Origin: Candidatus Poseidoniales archaeon
GTDB lineage: Archaea > Thermoplasmatota > Poseidoniia > Poseidoniales > Thalassarchaeaceae
DNA: 64,000 bases
Direction: 5' to 3'
NCBI GenBank assembly: GCA_012959435.1
Contig: DUDF01000116.1
Coordinates: 5,366 to 69,365 of the forward strand
Both the position numbers and the translations under genes were made by a program. Below, one piece after another: positions 19,077 through 27,241 of this stretch. Positions within the stretch are counted from its first letter, which is position 1, and the number at the start of each line of letters is the position of its first letter. The notes beneath the pieces are model-generated. The model ran no database searches and was not told the DNA's origin. It saw only the letters and a list, made by a program, of their open reading frames with translations.

Positions 19077-21302
19077 GTGAGCCGCCTAATCATCACCTGC
19101 ACACTTGCGATTGTGATGCTACTAACTAGCATCCCAACACCATCAGAACTTCCCTCAAATGTGATGCAAGATTTCGCTTCAAACGTTGAACTAGAAGAAG
19201 GCGAAACAGTTTGGAGTGAGACAATATATACTCGTGAAAGTCCTTTTTGGATTTCAGTTGATTGTCCATCGGAAAGCAGTTGTGAAGAGTTGAATCTAAC
19301 GGTAACAGACTCTTTTGGGTCTGAATTCAGCACAACCGGCCGCTTCCATCTAGAACTAAGCGGAAACCTAAGTGCCGGCCTAACGACTATTCAAATTACA
19401 CGCGAAGGAGTGACTAGCCAAACATTACTTGTTTCTCAGATATTCTTTGACCTTGCGAGTGGTGAATTTGGTGATACACCCTCACAAATACCCAACCCTA
19501 GTGAAGATACTACTGGATGGCGTCTTATTGACATGGCTGGCTGTGACTCACTCAATGATTGTGGAGATATTGACCGTGACGCAATAGATGATTCAGCAGT
19601 TTGGTGGAATGGGACTCTTGATTCCGCTGAAGATTCCGATACATTTCAGCTCAATGCAAGTGATGGCGATGTTATTGAAATTGAATTCTCAGCCTTTTCA
19701 AATGATGTTTATGTTGAAATTTGGAGCCGTAGTACTGACGACCTACAACTGATTTCTCAACAACAATTCATGGCTGGGTCAACCAATCCTTCTCAAAGAT
19801 TACTTGTTGAAGTGTCAAATGATGAAATTTGGGTTTCCGCATACTCCGCTAGCAGTCAGGCAGGACTGTATTCACTACGGTTCGCAAGCCATTCAGCAGA
19901 ACTTGAAACACCCTTTGGGGAAACCGCATCTGAGCCTTGGATTGCCCCTACTTACGCAGGTGGCACAATATCAGGTCACCTCACAACCAATGATGATGGA
20001 GATACAATCAGATTAGAAGCTGGCTCACGTAGTAAATTCATTGTTGGGTGGACATTATCCAGTGCTGCTGATATTCACATCCAAGCAAGAAGCGGTACAT
20101 GGAATATATTCCATAATGAATCAAATCTCAGTGGGAGTACCCAATTCACCGTCCCAACTAGTGCAGATGCCGCAGCAATCACATTTACCAATGCTAGTGA
20201 ACCACTAATTTGGACCCTGACGCTCACACCTCTTGGACCATATGATGGTGCTACCCCAGGTGATGCCTCAGATAGTCACCCAACTGGTGAAGCAGACACA
20301 TTAGACTGGGCAGTTATGCAATCTGAATTGGGCTATACCAGCGGCACTATTGGTGGAGCAGATACTCGGGATGTATATCTCATTGAGAGAGAAATAGGAC
20401 ACCCATATCGGAGTCTATTGACTGCCACTATTGAATCAGACCCTGGTACTTGTGTGCTCAAACTTGTGCAACTCAATACTACCGCGTACAATGCATGGAC
20501 CACTGTTTCATGGAATCTTACCGAAATGCAAGGGCAGCAAGCGACTACAACTCTTGACTTACCACACGGGCGTCACATCTTGGTAGTAGAATCAAACATC
20601 ACTTCCGAAGTAGAGTACACAATTAATTGGGCATGGCTAACTCCAGAGGGTGCAGAACCAGTTGAGGGGGATTGGATTGATTATTCTGATGACGTTGGTT
20701 CTTTTTACATTGTAATTGGGTTAGTCTTGTTATCACCTATGATGGTGGTTATTTACTGGCGGTTTAGATCTGGAGGTGTATTGGAAATCGAAGCGCATGA
20801 AAAACGTAGGTTGATACGCCTGCGCGAGCGATTGATTGCCGCAGACCCAAATAATCTAAAGGACCCTAATGCATTACTTCACGCACTGGAATCCCTTGCA
20901 GATACAGACTGGGATGCATTAGTCATGGAATGGGGAGAACCTCTCACACGTCATACCACAGAATCGCTTGATTTGATTGTGTGGGGGTTGACTGCTAACG
21001 ATGGGGGGCGTTCGGTCACTGTAGGCCTTAGACTACTATCAGAAGAGTGGACATTAGCTGCTATCAGATTCCAGGCTGTTGAAGGCGTTGAATGGAATGT
21101 GACATCAGTCACTCCTGAATCATTGTTTGATGGTGACGAGGTTTTCCTCGGTGATTTGAATGCTAAAACAAACCGTTTCCTACGAATTGATATGGAGGGA
21201 GATGCTGATGGATTTGATTTGATTCTATCGGGATTAGTTGGTGGTAAACCAGTTGCAGCAGTGCCAACAAAAGCAGTACTCACAGCCACTGAAGAAGAAT
21301 AA
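19077..21302 (+). CDS. Single-pass membrane protein with PPC-like extracellular repeats and a ~180-aa C-terminal cytoplasmic domain
   Basis: Signal peptide from GTG 19077 (ORF opens at 19038). Three PPC-like motifs (GTLDSAEDSDTFQL, GHLTTNDDGDTIRL, GTIGGADTRDVYLI). TM FYIVIGLVLLSPMMVVIYW. Confidence 0.72.
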   Translation: MSRLIITCTLAIVMLLTSIPTPSELPSNVMQDFASNVELEEGETVWSETIYTRESPFWISVDCPSESSCEELNLTVTDSFGSEFSTTGRFHLELSGNLSAGLTTIQITREGVTSQTLLVSQIFFDLASGEFGDTPSQIPNPSEDTTGWRLIDMAGCDSLNDCGDIDRDAIDDSAVWWNGTLDSAEDSDTFQLNASDGDVIEIEFSAFSNDVYVEIWSRSTDDLQLISQQQFMAGSTNPSQRLLVEVSNDEIWVSAYSASSQAGLYSLRFASHSAELETPFGETASEPWIAPTYAGGTISGHLTTNDDGDTIRLEAGSRSKFIVGWTLSSAADIHIQARSGTWNIFHNESNLSGSTQFTVPTSADAAAITFTNASEPLIWTLTLTPLGPYDGATPGDASDSHPTGEADTLDWAVMQSELGYTSGTIGGADTRDVYLIEREIGHPYRSLLTATIESDPGTCVLKLVQLNTTAYNAWTTVSWNLTEMQGQQATTTLDLPHGRHILVVESNITSEVEYTINWAWLTPEGAEPVEGDWIDYSDDVGSFYIVIGLVLLSPMMVVIYWRFRSGGVLEIEAHEKRRLIRLRERLIAADPNNLKDPNALLHALESLADTDWDALVMEWGEPLTRHTTESLDLIVWGLTANDGGRSVTVGLRLLSEEWTLAAIRFQAVEGVEWNVTSVTPESLFDGDEVFLGDLNAKTNRFLRIDMEGDADGFDLILSGLVGGKPVAAVPTKAVLTATEEE

Positions 21303-21326
21303 ACTCGATTATCATTGAAGAAATCA

Positions 21327-22475
21327 TCATCTGGTACGACGTCTTGATTTGGCTTCTTCACGGACTAAATCCTCTACTGAGTCTAAATCAATACCAATTT
21401 CTTCGCGTAATGCTTCAATCTGTTTCTTTACATTCTTTGATAATTTTGTTGGCACATACAATTTCAACAACACAGTAATATTACCTCGGCCACGACCACG
21501 AGGCCGAGGAAATCCTCGACCCTTCACTTCTAAGGTATCACCTGGGATTGACCCCGCAGGAATATCAATTGAGATTTCTTTGCCATCAATGTGTGGTAGT
21601 GATACTGATGCTCCAAGAAGTAATTCAGGATAGCCTAATGGAAGAGCCATTAGAAGGTCAGAGCCATCCCTCTCGTACCAGTCATGATCATCAATATGGA
21701 CTTGGATGTATAAGTCACCAGGACTGCCACCTCCGCCACGTATTGGCTCACCTCGCCCACCCATTCTCATACGAGTACCATCAGAAATACCAGCAGGAAT
21801 AGAGAAGCGTATTGTCTGTTTTTTCTTCTCTCTACCTTCGCCACGACATGCACTACATGGGTCCGTGATTTTTCTCCCTGTACCACTACATTCTGGACAT
21901 TCGGTCACCATTTGTTGAATAAATGGGCCAATCTTACGATTTTGTGTTACTTGGCCTTGGCCAGAACAGGTACCACAAGTCTTGACCCCATCTGGACTGG
22001 CTGCTGCTCGGCCTTCGCAAGCCTCACAGATAATGAGGAGTTTGACCTCTAATTCTGTATCTCCCCCTAACATCGCAGTCTCCATGTCAATAGAGTGTCT
22101 GATGAGAACATCATTGCCACGTGAAGAGCGGCGACCAGTTGTTGCATCGCCACCAAAAAATTGGGAAAAGACTGAATCAAAACCACCACTAAACAAATCA
22201 TCCATTGAAATATTTACGCCTTGGAAACCACCACTTCCAAATGGATTACCACCGGGCGACTCATGGCCGTATGCGTCATAACTTCGGCGCTGTTGAGGGT
22301 TTGATAAGACTGCGTAAGCCTCTTGAATTTCCTTGAAACGATTTTCTGCATCAGGGTCATCTGGATTCTTGTCGGGATGGTTTTTTCGAGCTAATACGCG
22401 AAACGCTTTCTTCAACTCAGAATCGCTAGAATCACGGCTAACTTCCAAGACTTCGTAGTAGTCTCTCTTAGCCAT
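21327..22475 (-). CDS. dnaJ: Chaperone DnaJ
   Basis: KRDYYEVL, HPD motif, G/F-rich region, four CxxCxGxG-type motifs, C-terminal domain. GGTGA RBS. Confidence 0.97.
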   Translation of the reverse strand: MAKRDYYEVLEVSRDSSDSELKKAFRVLARKNHPDKNPDDPDAENRFKEIQEAYAVLSNPQQRRSYDAYGHESPGGNPFGSGGFQGVNISMDDLFSGGFDSVFSQFFGGDATTGRRSSRGNDVLIRHSIDMETAMLGGDTELEVKLLIICEACEGRAAASPDGVKTCGTCSGQGQVTQNRKIGPFIQQMVTECPECSGTGRKITDPCSACRGEGREKKKQTIRFSIPAGISDGTRMRMGGRGEPIRGGGGSPGDLYIQVHIDDHDWYERDGSDLLMALPLGYPELLLGASVSLPHIDGKEISIDIPAGSIPGDTLEVKGRGFPRPRGRGRGNITVLLKLYVPTKLSKNVKKQIEALREEIGIDLDSVEDLVREEAKSRRRTR

Positions 22476-22547
22476 GACCCCATCACCGAATGGTCGCTGA
22501 CTGCCCGCCTGTTTTGAATCTGACCATCATACTGAATGATTACAGTA

Positions 22548-23411
22548 TTAGGTTAAGGAAGAGCCACAACTACCACAGGAACCTCTACCTACAGGATTCC
22601 TTGAACCACAGTCCAAACAAATCTTGGTCTCTTTACCGACTGATTTACCGCCACCAATTGATTCCCCAAGGTCATCAAACAACTTGTCCTCTCGGGAAAC
22701 TCCGGCTGTACCCATCTGACCGCCACCAGCATCTGGCTTTGGTTTGGGTTTGGGTTTTGGTTTAGGTTGTGGCTTTGGTTGTGGTTTAGGTTGTGGCTTA
22801 GGCTTCTTCTGCTTCTCTAACCGTTCATCTTCAGCATTCAACTGAGCCATCATGTCATCAACATTAGTCTGACCGGACCCTGCCGCTTTCATCATCTCAA
22901 CAGCAGCCCCCGACATTTGTGCCATCGGGTCATTATCTCCAGACATGCGTGCTGATGAACGTTTGACATGTTCCTCATCGTGGAACATTTTTACCTCTTC
23001 TTTGGGTTTTTCATCGCCTATTTCACCAGTACGTTTCTCGCGTAGAATTTCCTTGACTTTCCGTCCTTGAATGAGGTCTTTATCACTTGCTTGATAACCA
23101 TCTGCGTCTCTCTCAAGGCCAGCCATAGCAGCATCAGCCTTGCCCCATAACCCTTGGTCTTCGGCCTTGTAGGCCTTGCTTAATTTCTTGATATTCTTAA
23201 CTCTGTGAAACTCGTGGTCTCTTTCACTTCGGGAACGTTTGAAAAATACAAAACCAAGTAGAAATGCAAAACCATAGTATGCACCAATTTGCCAATTTTC
23301 AACTAGAAGCAAGTCAACCGCAGGAATAATTCTACCAATTAATCCTGCAATGATTAAAGGAACCAATAGAACAGCCCAAGAATTTAGGTTGTTCTTGTCA
23401 TCATCAGCCAT
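22548..23411 (-). CDS. Membrane protein (two N-terminal TMs) with Pro-Lys/Gln spacer and C-terminal zinc ribbon
   Basis: Two hydrophobic segments, KPKPQPKPQPKPQPKPKPKPKPKP, and CLDC...CGSCGS. Confidence 0.8.
   Translation of the reverse strand: MADDDKNNLNSWAVLLVPLIIAGLIGRIIPAVDLLLVENWQIGAYYGFAFLLGFVFFKRSRSERDHEFHRVKNIKKLSKAYKAEDQGLWGKADAAMAGLERDADGYQASDKDLIQGRKVKEILREKRTGEIGDEKPKEEVKMFHDEEHVKRSSARMSGDNDPMAQMSGAAVEMMKAAGSGQTNVDDMMAQLNAEDERLEKQKKPKPQPKPQPKPQPKPKPKPKPKPDAGGGQMGTAGVSREDKLFDDLGESIGGGKSVGKETKICLDCGSRNPVGRGSCGSCGSSLT
22734..22806 (-). repeat. Degenerate 6-nt-period coding repeat encoding (PK/PQ)n
   Basis: ggtttgggtttgggttttggtttaggttgtggctttggttgtggtttaggttgtggcttaggc on the + strand. 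Confidence 0.85.
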
Positions 23412-23482
23412 GTCAACCAAAGCGTTGGACAATGTGATATGGGTTCAATGTTACCCCCACTTGCTAAGCAGGATTTCAGGGC

Positions 23483-24541
23483 CTAACTAGTAACACGATC
23501 TTTTGCTGGGCGGCCCTTTCTCAACAATCCATCAAGTAATCCTATGCTGAAAGTTGTGTGAAGTAGAAACAGCATTATTGGTACTCCAATAATCAAACTT
23601 GGTTGTGAGCGAGTAAAGGATTCTAAAAGACCGTGGAGAAGTATGACCACAGAATAGGCAGCGACTGGAATTTGCCAAGCGGGATACCCTCCAACCACGC
23701 AACCTGACCAGCACAATGCTAGAGTAGTGAGCAATCCAATCCATGGCAAAAACTCAAGAATTGATGCTCTTTGAGGGGTCTTTCGTACATGTTTAGTACG
23801 CCAAAATCCGTAACGGTGTCCAAATCGAAGCCAGCCTACAATGGAAGTCCGTTTGGCCATTCGGCAATACGATGCGTCTGAACGCCACAGGCTCCAACCC
23901 TGGCCGTCAAGACGCATGTTTAGTTCAGAATCCTGAGTTGTAATGAAGTCAGGATTCCAGCCGCCAACCGCATCTAAAGCGGCTCGGCGGTAAAGTGTGA
24001 ATGGGGGAATTGTAGTCCGCTGACAACCAGTAAATTGAGCAAATTGCCCACGGCCACTTGCCAACGGATTCTGTAAAGTAGCCTCAACCCAGCGACCAAT
24101 CATTTTCAGAGGTTGGTCGCTCTCCTTAACAATAGTTCCAATACCAGCAATTTTGTTACCGTCCTCTCCGAGTTCTTCTTCTAAATCATCAAATTCACTC
24201 ATGCGTGATTCAATATGCTTGGGTGGTACCCAAACGTGCCCTATCATCTCAAGCACATGGGTTGCCTTGTCAGGCAATTTTCCTAGGCTGAGATTTCTAG
24301 CATCGGCAACAAATCGGTCTGGGTTTTCCAATAACAGAATTTCCGGACCACCTTCATCGGTCGACTTTTTAGCCAAATCTGTAATTATTTGGCGGGTTCC
24401 ATCATCACTACCTCCATCTACAACATGTATCAAATGCTGTTGTGGCGGCCATGTCTGAGCCATCAATGACAGAAGACAACGCTCGATATGATCCGCCTCC
24501 TGAAAGGTCGGAACTACGGTGACAACGTACGGCTCAGCCAT
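23483..24541 (-). CDS. Family 2 glycosyltransferase (ExoA-like) with C-terminal TM helices
   Basis: VVPTFQEA, VVDGGSDDGT, ARN, YRRAALDAVGGWN, QDSELNMRL. The usual DxD position reads IGH. Confidence 0.88.
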   Translation of the reverse strand: MAEPYVVTVVPTFQEADHIERCLLSLMAQTWPPQQHLIHVVDGGSDDGTRQIITDLAKKSTDEGGPEILLLENPDRFVADARNLSLGKLPDKATHVLEMIGHVWVPPKHIESRMSEFDDLEEELGEDGNKIAGIGTIVKESDQPLKMIGRWVEATLQNPLASGRGQFAQFTGCQRTTIPPFTLYRRAALDAVGGWNPDFITTQDSELNMRLDGQGWSLWRSDASYCRMAKRTSIVGWLRFGHRYGFWRTKHVRKTPQRASILEFLPWIGLLTTLALCWSGCVVGGYPAWQIPVAAYSVVILLHGLLESFTRSQPSLIIGVPIMLFLLHTTFSIGLLDGLLRKGRPAKDRVTS

Positions 24542-24634
24542 CTGACTCACCCCACGCTGATTGGTGACTGTCTGTCAATCTTGCCACTACTCAAGCGATA
24601 GAGTTCATCATCTAGCCACTCCTCGCAACTACCG

Positions 24635-25132
24635 ATGAGTTCGCCTTACGCAGTGGTTTGCACGACAATCCTCCCTTCCGACCATGCACCAAGTGTTGCT
24701 GATTCACTAAGCACCCTATTCCCTGAACTTGAACCACCCGAGTTCAACGAAAATGAATTCCCTATGACTGACAAGGGAGAAGAATGGAAATTTGAGGAGG
24801 TGGACCTAAGTAAATTCCTTTCACGTATTTCTGAATTGAGAATCCTTGATACCGCTCTAGATGCAATGGGCGCAAATTTGTATGATAATGAAACTGTTTT
24901 TTCGCTTTCACGCCAAGCTGCATTAGCCGGTAAAGTCGCCTTTGTTCTAAATAATGAAAAGTCGCTTGGCGGTACAATTGATGTCACCCTTAGCGGCGAC
25001 AACTTAGCCGCTTGGATAGAGGAATCAACTTGGCATGAAGGCAGAACTGAGTATCCCCGCTCCCTCAGTGATGATTGGTCAATGCACAAAGATGGTGAAG
25101 TCAGTGAATGGGTTGACAAAAAATCAGACTGA
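24635..25132 (+). CDS. UPF0201/DUF54 family putative RNA-binding protein
   Basis: RILDTA...FSLSRQAALAGKVAF...LGGTIDV matches my recollection of the archaeal UPF0201 family. Confidence 0.75.
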   Translation: MSSPYAVVCTTILPSDHAPSVADSLSTLFPELEPPEFNENEFPMTDKGEEWKFEEVDLSKFLSRISELRILDTALDAMGANLYDNETVFSLSRQAALAGKVAFVLNNEKSLGGTIDVTLSGDNLAAWIEESTWHEGRTEYPRSLSDDWSMHKDGEVSEWVDKKSD

Positions 25133-25144
25133 TGAATAGCACAT

Positions 25145-26206
25145 TCACAGGTTTGCAATCCCTCGCTCTTGGATTCTCTTTACAAATTCAACATCTGGTG
25201 GAAGCCATTCCACATCCATCAATTCATCCTCAGAAAGCCAGCGGTTTTCATCATGGGATGTCATCACAGCCGGAGGCAATTCTCCATCCGCTTCACACAA
25301 GAAGAAGGTCAGGTGAACGACCATTTCTGGCCAAGCATGGGAATACTCTTCACACACTCTTATTGGTTTGATTGTCCAGCCAAACTCTTCGTGATACTCG
25401 CGACTAATCGCTGCCTCTTTGCTCTCACCTTTCTCGACCTTTCCGCCGGGGAATTCCCAGTAACCACCCATGTATTCATCGGATGACCTACGTGCCGCAA
25501 GTAGGCGATTATTTTCACCCCTCAACATACCGCCAACAACTTGCATCTCAGGCCTCTGTACAGTGATTGCAATAATCCGTTTCACCAAGGAAATTTGGGT
25601 TTCAAATGGTATTTTATCTGCCGATGGTAAGTGCACAAATAGAACAGGGATTGCTCGGTTCATTCGTTCTCTCACATCAGCCTGCTCAACTGCTTGGAGG
25701 GTTTTGAAATAAGTTTCATTGCAGATAAAGCGACCTGGGTCTTCACTCTTGCAAATTAATTCTTCATCAACAAACTCTGCCATCAACAAATTAATTGGGG
25801 CTGTTGTGTGTAATAGATTATGACTAGAATCTGTAATGACACCAGATGATACTTGTCGGCCTTTATTATCAGCAATACGAAAATCCAACTCATTGAATGC
25901 TGTTGCCTCCAAAGAGATGACATCTTGATTTTCAGCAAATCCTAGATGGATGATAGCTTGTGGCAACACAGTATCAGATTCAGTAATACTTGAGGCGATT
26001 GACTCGCTTCCTGCTTTGTCAACAGTTAGAATCTGTGATTTGATTTCAACTGATATTTCACGTGATTCAACTGCCATCGGCCCAAGTGGTGGGCCAATTG
26101 ATATCACATCGTTGAAATCTGCTAAATGTTCAGTAATTTGTTGTGAAATGTTGGTCTGATGCTCACCAAAAGGCTCGTAGCCTGTCAACCAAACTTCGAC
26201 CCCCAT
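25145..26206 (-). CDS. Pyroglutamyl-peptidase I (C15) fused to a MutT/NudG-like Nudix hydrolase
   Basis: N-part: LTGYEPFG, IHLG, LEATAFN (Glu), GRFICNE (Cys), FVHLP (His). C-part: WEFPGGKVEKGESKEAAISREYHEEFG Nudix box. Confidence 0.9.
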   Translation of the reverse strand: MGVEVWLTGYEPFGEHQTNISQQITEHLADFNDVISIGPPLGPMAVESREISVEIKSQILTVDKAGSESIASSITESDTVLPQAIIHLGFAENQDVISLEATAFNELDFRIADNKGRQVSSGVITDSSHNLLHTTAPINLLMAEFVDEELICKSEDPGRFICNETYFKTLQAVEQADVRERMNRAIPVLFVHLPSADKIPFETQISLVKRIIAITVQRPEMQVVGGMLRGENNRLLAARRSSDEYMGGYWEFPGGKVEKGESKEAAISREYHEEFGWTIKPIRVCEEYSHAWPEMVVHLTFFLCEADGELPPAVMTSHDENRWLSEDELMDVEWLPPDVEFVKRIQERGIANL

Positions 26207-26256
26207 CAATAACCCCTACAACCGCTCTGATTGGGGCCGGTGGCGGGGTATCCATT

Positions 26257-26838
26257 ATGTCACCGATTGACTTGCCGCGTATTGTGGACGAGTTAGAGCG
26301 CCTATCTATTGAGCATTCGCGCGCTCAATTTGAGACTGTCGAAGGTGAAATTACTGCAAATTTTGGACTTTTGCTAGCAGATGCCATGATTTACGCCATC
26401 GGATTCATCTCTATTATTATCGGACTAGCAGATATTGCCCTATCCATCAACCCAACTGAATGGTTGTGGTCAGAAGGTGACCTCATTCTACTTTGTAGTG
26501 GCGTAGCACTGTGGGTTTGTTCACAATCTCTAAATGATTTCAAACGATTACTACCTTTGTGGCTACGAATGGTACTCAAATTAGGCATCGGCCCAAAGGA
26601 TTTCTCAGATCAATCTGAAGCGGCGCAGAAGCGCCGCGCCGCGACCCTCGTAATCGCCTCACTACTTTCAGCAATTATTGGTTGGAGAATCTCGGTCTTA
26701 CCAGATACTATCGCAACTAGAATTGGCATTGATTTCCATATAGTAATCTATGCTGTTTCAGCAGGACTCCTTTTTCTATCCATGTACTGGAACCGCCTTA
26801 TCGGCGAAGGTTCGGATATTGAGCAATTCAATAGATAG
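26257..26838 (+). CDS. Hypothetical four-TM membrane protein
   Basis: Four hydrophobic segments. Start moved to MSPIDL to avoid overlapping the divergent gene. Confidence 0.7.
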   Translation: MSPIDLPRIVDELERLSIEHSRAQFETVEGEITANFGLLLADAMIYAIGFISIIIGLADIALSINPTEWLWSEGDLILLCSGVALWVCSQSLNDFKRLLPLWLRMVLKLGIGPKDFSDQSEAAQKRRAATLVIASLLSAIIGWRISVLPDTIATRIGIDFHIVIYAVSAGLLFLSMYWNRLIGEGSDIEQFNR

Positions 26839-26887
26839 AGGGGGAAACAACCGTTGAACTCAAAATGTACAACCCGGAGGAGTAATT

Positions 26888-27235
26888 GTGAGTGAAGGTT
26901 TTTCCGAGCGCGTGCGGCAACGTTTGCATGAGAAATTAGAAAACTCTCCAACTTGGCACACACCTTTCCAAGTGGTACTGGTAGTACTCAGTGAAATTAC
27001 TGGTGGAGTTGGCCCTTGGGGGGCATTACGCCCATTAATTGCTACCGGATTAGCGATTGTGCCTTTCTTATTCCTTGGTCAGCATTTTAATCGCCAGCAT
27101 TCTAAAGCGTTTGATTGGTTTGCACTGCAAATTCCGCTTCTATTCTGCTTACTCTGGCCACTGATATGGCTATGGTCAATCTTTGATGCATACCAAACTG
27201 CAATGCTTTCTGTTACCAAGACATATTCTGCTTGA
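26888..27235 (+). CDS. Small hypothetical membrane protein
   Basis: GTG start with GGAGG RBS, hydrophobic segments, WLWSIFDAY terminus. Confidence 0.72.
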   Translation: MSEGFSERVRQRLHEKLENSPTWHTPFQVVLVVLSEITGGVGPWGALRPLIATGLAIVPFLFLGQHFNRQHSKAFDWFALQIPLLFCLLWPLIWLWSIFDAYQTAMLSVTKTYSA

Positions 27236-27241
27236 AAGAAA

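Noticed and set aside
24646..25158. 170-aa minus-strand ORF
   Set aside because: Antisense to the UPF0201-like gene, which has recognisable family motifs.
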